Part shown: positions 61,979 through 64,000 of the stretch, piece after piece | Numbering within the stretch: position 1 is the first letter of the stretch | Layout of the letters: the number at the start of each line of letters is the position of its first letter | IMG/VR virus record: IMGVR_UViG_3300021400_001615 | Coordinates: 96,884 to 160,883 of that record | Source of the DNA: a virus | Lineage: Duplodnaviria > Caudoviricetes | Length of the DNA stretch: 64,000 nucleotides | Direction: 5' to 3' (one strand) | Program-made: the position numbers and the translations under genes | Notes under the pieces: generated by a model | Told to the model about the DNA's origin: nothing | Seen by the model: the letters and a program-made list of their open reading frames with translations, nothing else | The model's database searches: none

Positions 61979-62132
61979 GCGGTAGTCGCTTCATCCTCAG
62001 CCAAACTGTAGGAGCCAACCCTGACCCACCGCTTAGATGGTTGGTTTAGTTATGGCACTCGCAGGAAAAACGCCTTTCTCATGTCTCCGCAAAGACCGAG
62101 CTTTCACCGTCAGTCCGCAGACTTCGGATGGC
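61979..62132. ncRNA. Candidate structured non-coding RNA (family unassigned)
   Basis: GC-enriched intergenic segment with several stems and a crossing pairing (see findings). Confidence 0.3.
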
Positions 62133-62141
62133 ATTACATCT

Positions 62142-62492
62142 TTAAATGTATTTAACCTTAACTTTCCTCATCCTATTTTTCTTCTCACAAATCTCAATGG
62201 CCTTGTTGAGTTCTTCGGTACTATATCTGAACACGGTCTTATCAAGTTTATCACTACTAAACGCCCAGCCGTTATCCATGCGCCATCCCCAGATATTAGT
62301 AAACCAGACCTCAACAACTTCACATTGCCTGATCTTATATTTACCAAATAGACCTTGATAGATCACATAACAATATCTGTCAAGTCCACCACCAGGGAAC
62401 GGAACAAATGGAGAATCGAAGTCTTTATTAAATTCTTTTATTTCAGTACCGTCATAATCAACGGCTGCATCTTTGTGTGCTGTAAATAACAT
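62142..62492 (-). CDS. Hypothetical protein
   Basis: 116-aa ORF co-oriented with its neighbours. Confidence 0.55.
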   Translation of the reverse strand: MLFTAHKDAAVDYDGTEIKEFNKDFDSPFVPFPGGGLDRYCYVIYQGLFGKYKIRQCEVVEVWFTNIWGWRMDNGWAFSSDKLDKTVFRYSTEELNKAIEICEKKNRMRKVKVKYI

Positions 62493-62687
62493 ATTATTAA
62501 TTCCTTTTATGTTTTATTTTTCATATCCATGATCAGTAAGCATATCATCAATACTATTCAGTAAAATGTCATATTCTCCTGGGGATAACTTATTCAATGC
62601 ATCATCCAATAACTCATCAAAAATGTTTTCAAAATCAAACCGTGTATTGACAAAACTTGTATCAATCATAATGCCCCTCCTATGAAA

Positions 62688-62861
62688 TTATTTCGGAAGT
62701 CTTCCATCGTAGCTATATCCATTGTTTCTACGCAATAAAGCTATTGCCGCTGCGGTGTCCCAGTTACAGAATCGTAGAGCTTTAATTATCTCCATCACAC
62801 TATATCCTGTATTTTGTCTTATTCGTTTTACAATCTCTTCTTGCTCATTAATAGATAACAT
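62688..62861 (-). CDS. 57-aa protein resembling the EF-Ts N-terminal (UBA-like) domain
   Basis: GGAGG RBS. IVKRIRQNTGYSVMEIIKALRFCNWDTAAAIALLRR resembles EF-Ts VKELRERTGAGMMDCKKAL...GD.EKAIELLR. Confidence 0.55.
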   Translation of the reverse strand: MLSINEQEEIVKRIRQNTGYSVMEIIKALRFCNWDTAAAIALLRRNNGYSYDGRLPK

Positions 62862-63224
62862 CGCATACCTCCAAATAAATGTGTGTTTTAAGTTAATCTC
62901 ATTGGAAAAATGATGTGATAAAGAAAATTACTTTTGTCTGCGTACAATCTTACCAGATACCAGTTCCCGAAAAGATGTTTTACAACAAAACCGTGTTCAA
63001 TTAGCCACTTAACCATATTGCCATTTCCTCAAATAAAATCAGTTTTCTATTTGTTTATCCAGTAGCTGAAAATATTCTTCTTCATGAATACATTTTTTCT
63101 CATCGCAACAATACTCATTCCAAATATCTTCAATGTAGCTTTTCTCACAACTGAGACAAGGTTCCTCTGGGAAATAGTCTTCGTCATATATTATTCTCAT
63201 ACTTCTCCTCTTCAAATACTTATT

Positions 63225-63611
63225 TCATCGGTTCTTATCTTCAAAGAAACTTTTTGTATCAAACCATTTATCTTCAACAATGTTTCCTATAATTTTAATG
63301 GTATCGCCCCAACCTAATGTCGCCACTCTAATATATTTATTAGCCATCTGATTATATTTACTAACGCCGACAGTATCCATAATTCGCATTATATATTCTG
63401 TACCAGGCTCATAACCTTTAAATTCTTTGGCTCCAAGATAACCACTTCCGATTTTAAAGCCACCATATACACAGCCCCATCCATCACCTTCAAGAACTAT
63501 TTCTGCACATAGACATCCATGATCGGCCATCGAAAGATCTACTCCAGTGATTTTGGCATTCTCAATTTTATAACCAGCTTGTTCAAGTAATTCTTTATTC
63601 CATTTTTTCAT
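63225..63611 (-). CDS. Conserved hypothetical phage protein
   Basis: 128-aa ORF with IENAKIT...DHGCL...GWGCVYGG. Confidence 0.6.
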   Translation of the reverse strand: MKKWNKELLEQAGYKIENAKITGVDLSMADHGCLCAEIVLEGDGWGCVYGGFKIGSGYLGAKEFKGYEPGTEYIMRIMDTVGVSKYNQMANKYIRVATLGWGDTIKIIGNIVEDKWFDTKSFFEDKNR

Positions 63612-63787
63612 TGTTTATTCCTATCAACTAATTTCTTCCAAATAATTTGTTATCATTTCATTGTCACAGTATCCGCCTGGATCAAACCAGTAGGCAAATT
63701 CTTTTAGGAACTCTACTAAATCATCATAAGAACTTTCCGCAATCGCCTTTATTAATTTTTCTAAATTAGTCATATCAAACCTCAATT

Positions 63788-63988
63788 TCATTTTTCTGAA
63801 TTACAAATAATCTCCACAGCCTTATCCGTATAATTCGGTGTTGTTACTGTAGGTGATGCCCACCAATAGTAAGAAGTTGATTTACGTCCGTCATCCCACA
63901 CTTCGTTTAATAATTTTTCCAACTCATCTTTGGTAAATTCAATTTTGCCATTACTGTTTGTTGTAAATACTTTAATCATATTCCTCAT
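63788..63988 (-). CDS. Hypothetical protein
   Basis: 66-aa ORF with GAGGAGG RBS. Confidence 0.55.
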   Translation of the reverse strand: MRNMIKVFTTNSNGKIEFTKDELEKLLNEVWDDGRKSTSYYWWASPTVTTPNYTDKAVEIICNSEK

Positions 63989-64000
63989 ACCTCCTCAAAA

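Noticed and set aside
53972-64000. Amber suppressor tRNA or release factor gene
   Set aside because: No tRNA cloverleaf or release-factor ORF was recognised by eye. It probably lies outside the window; tRNAscan-SE is needed.

Overview
This window is from a large, AT-rich tailed phage, probably temperate and probably infecting Clostridia/Lachnospiraceae. Bases 1-53.9 kb (+ strand) hold the late tail and lysis module. The code-11 ORF track looks shredded there because TAG is read as Gln (genetic code 15): consecutive fragments share a frame, break only at TAG, and TAG falls at conserved Gln positions (EFDGI*HF, GYGLC*WT, VY*YDL). Rejoined, the module encodes a tape measure protein of at least ~4,520 aa, Dit, a 2,487-aa Tal/spike, a 2,819-aa CotH-like/LRR tail-associated protein, many fibre/LamG genes, holins, a 4-domain endolysin and a signal-peptide-bearing GDPD. 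Bases 54.2-64 kb (- strand) hold a tyrosine integrase with an attP-like region, dUTPase, class II RNR, two HPr-like proteins, an EF-Ts-N-terminal-like mini protein and small hypotheticals. I saw no TAG used as sense or stop in these genes. Three group I introns could be delimited to the base from P1/P10/P7 pairings: in the tape measure gene (carrying a TAG-recoded homing endonuclease), in the giant tail gene, and in nrdJ. No suppressor tRNA was seen in the window. All family calls come from manual motif reading, not database searches.
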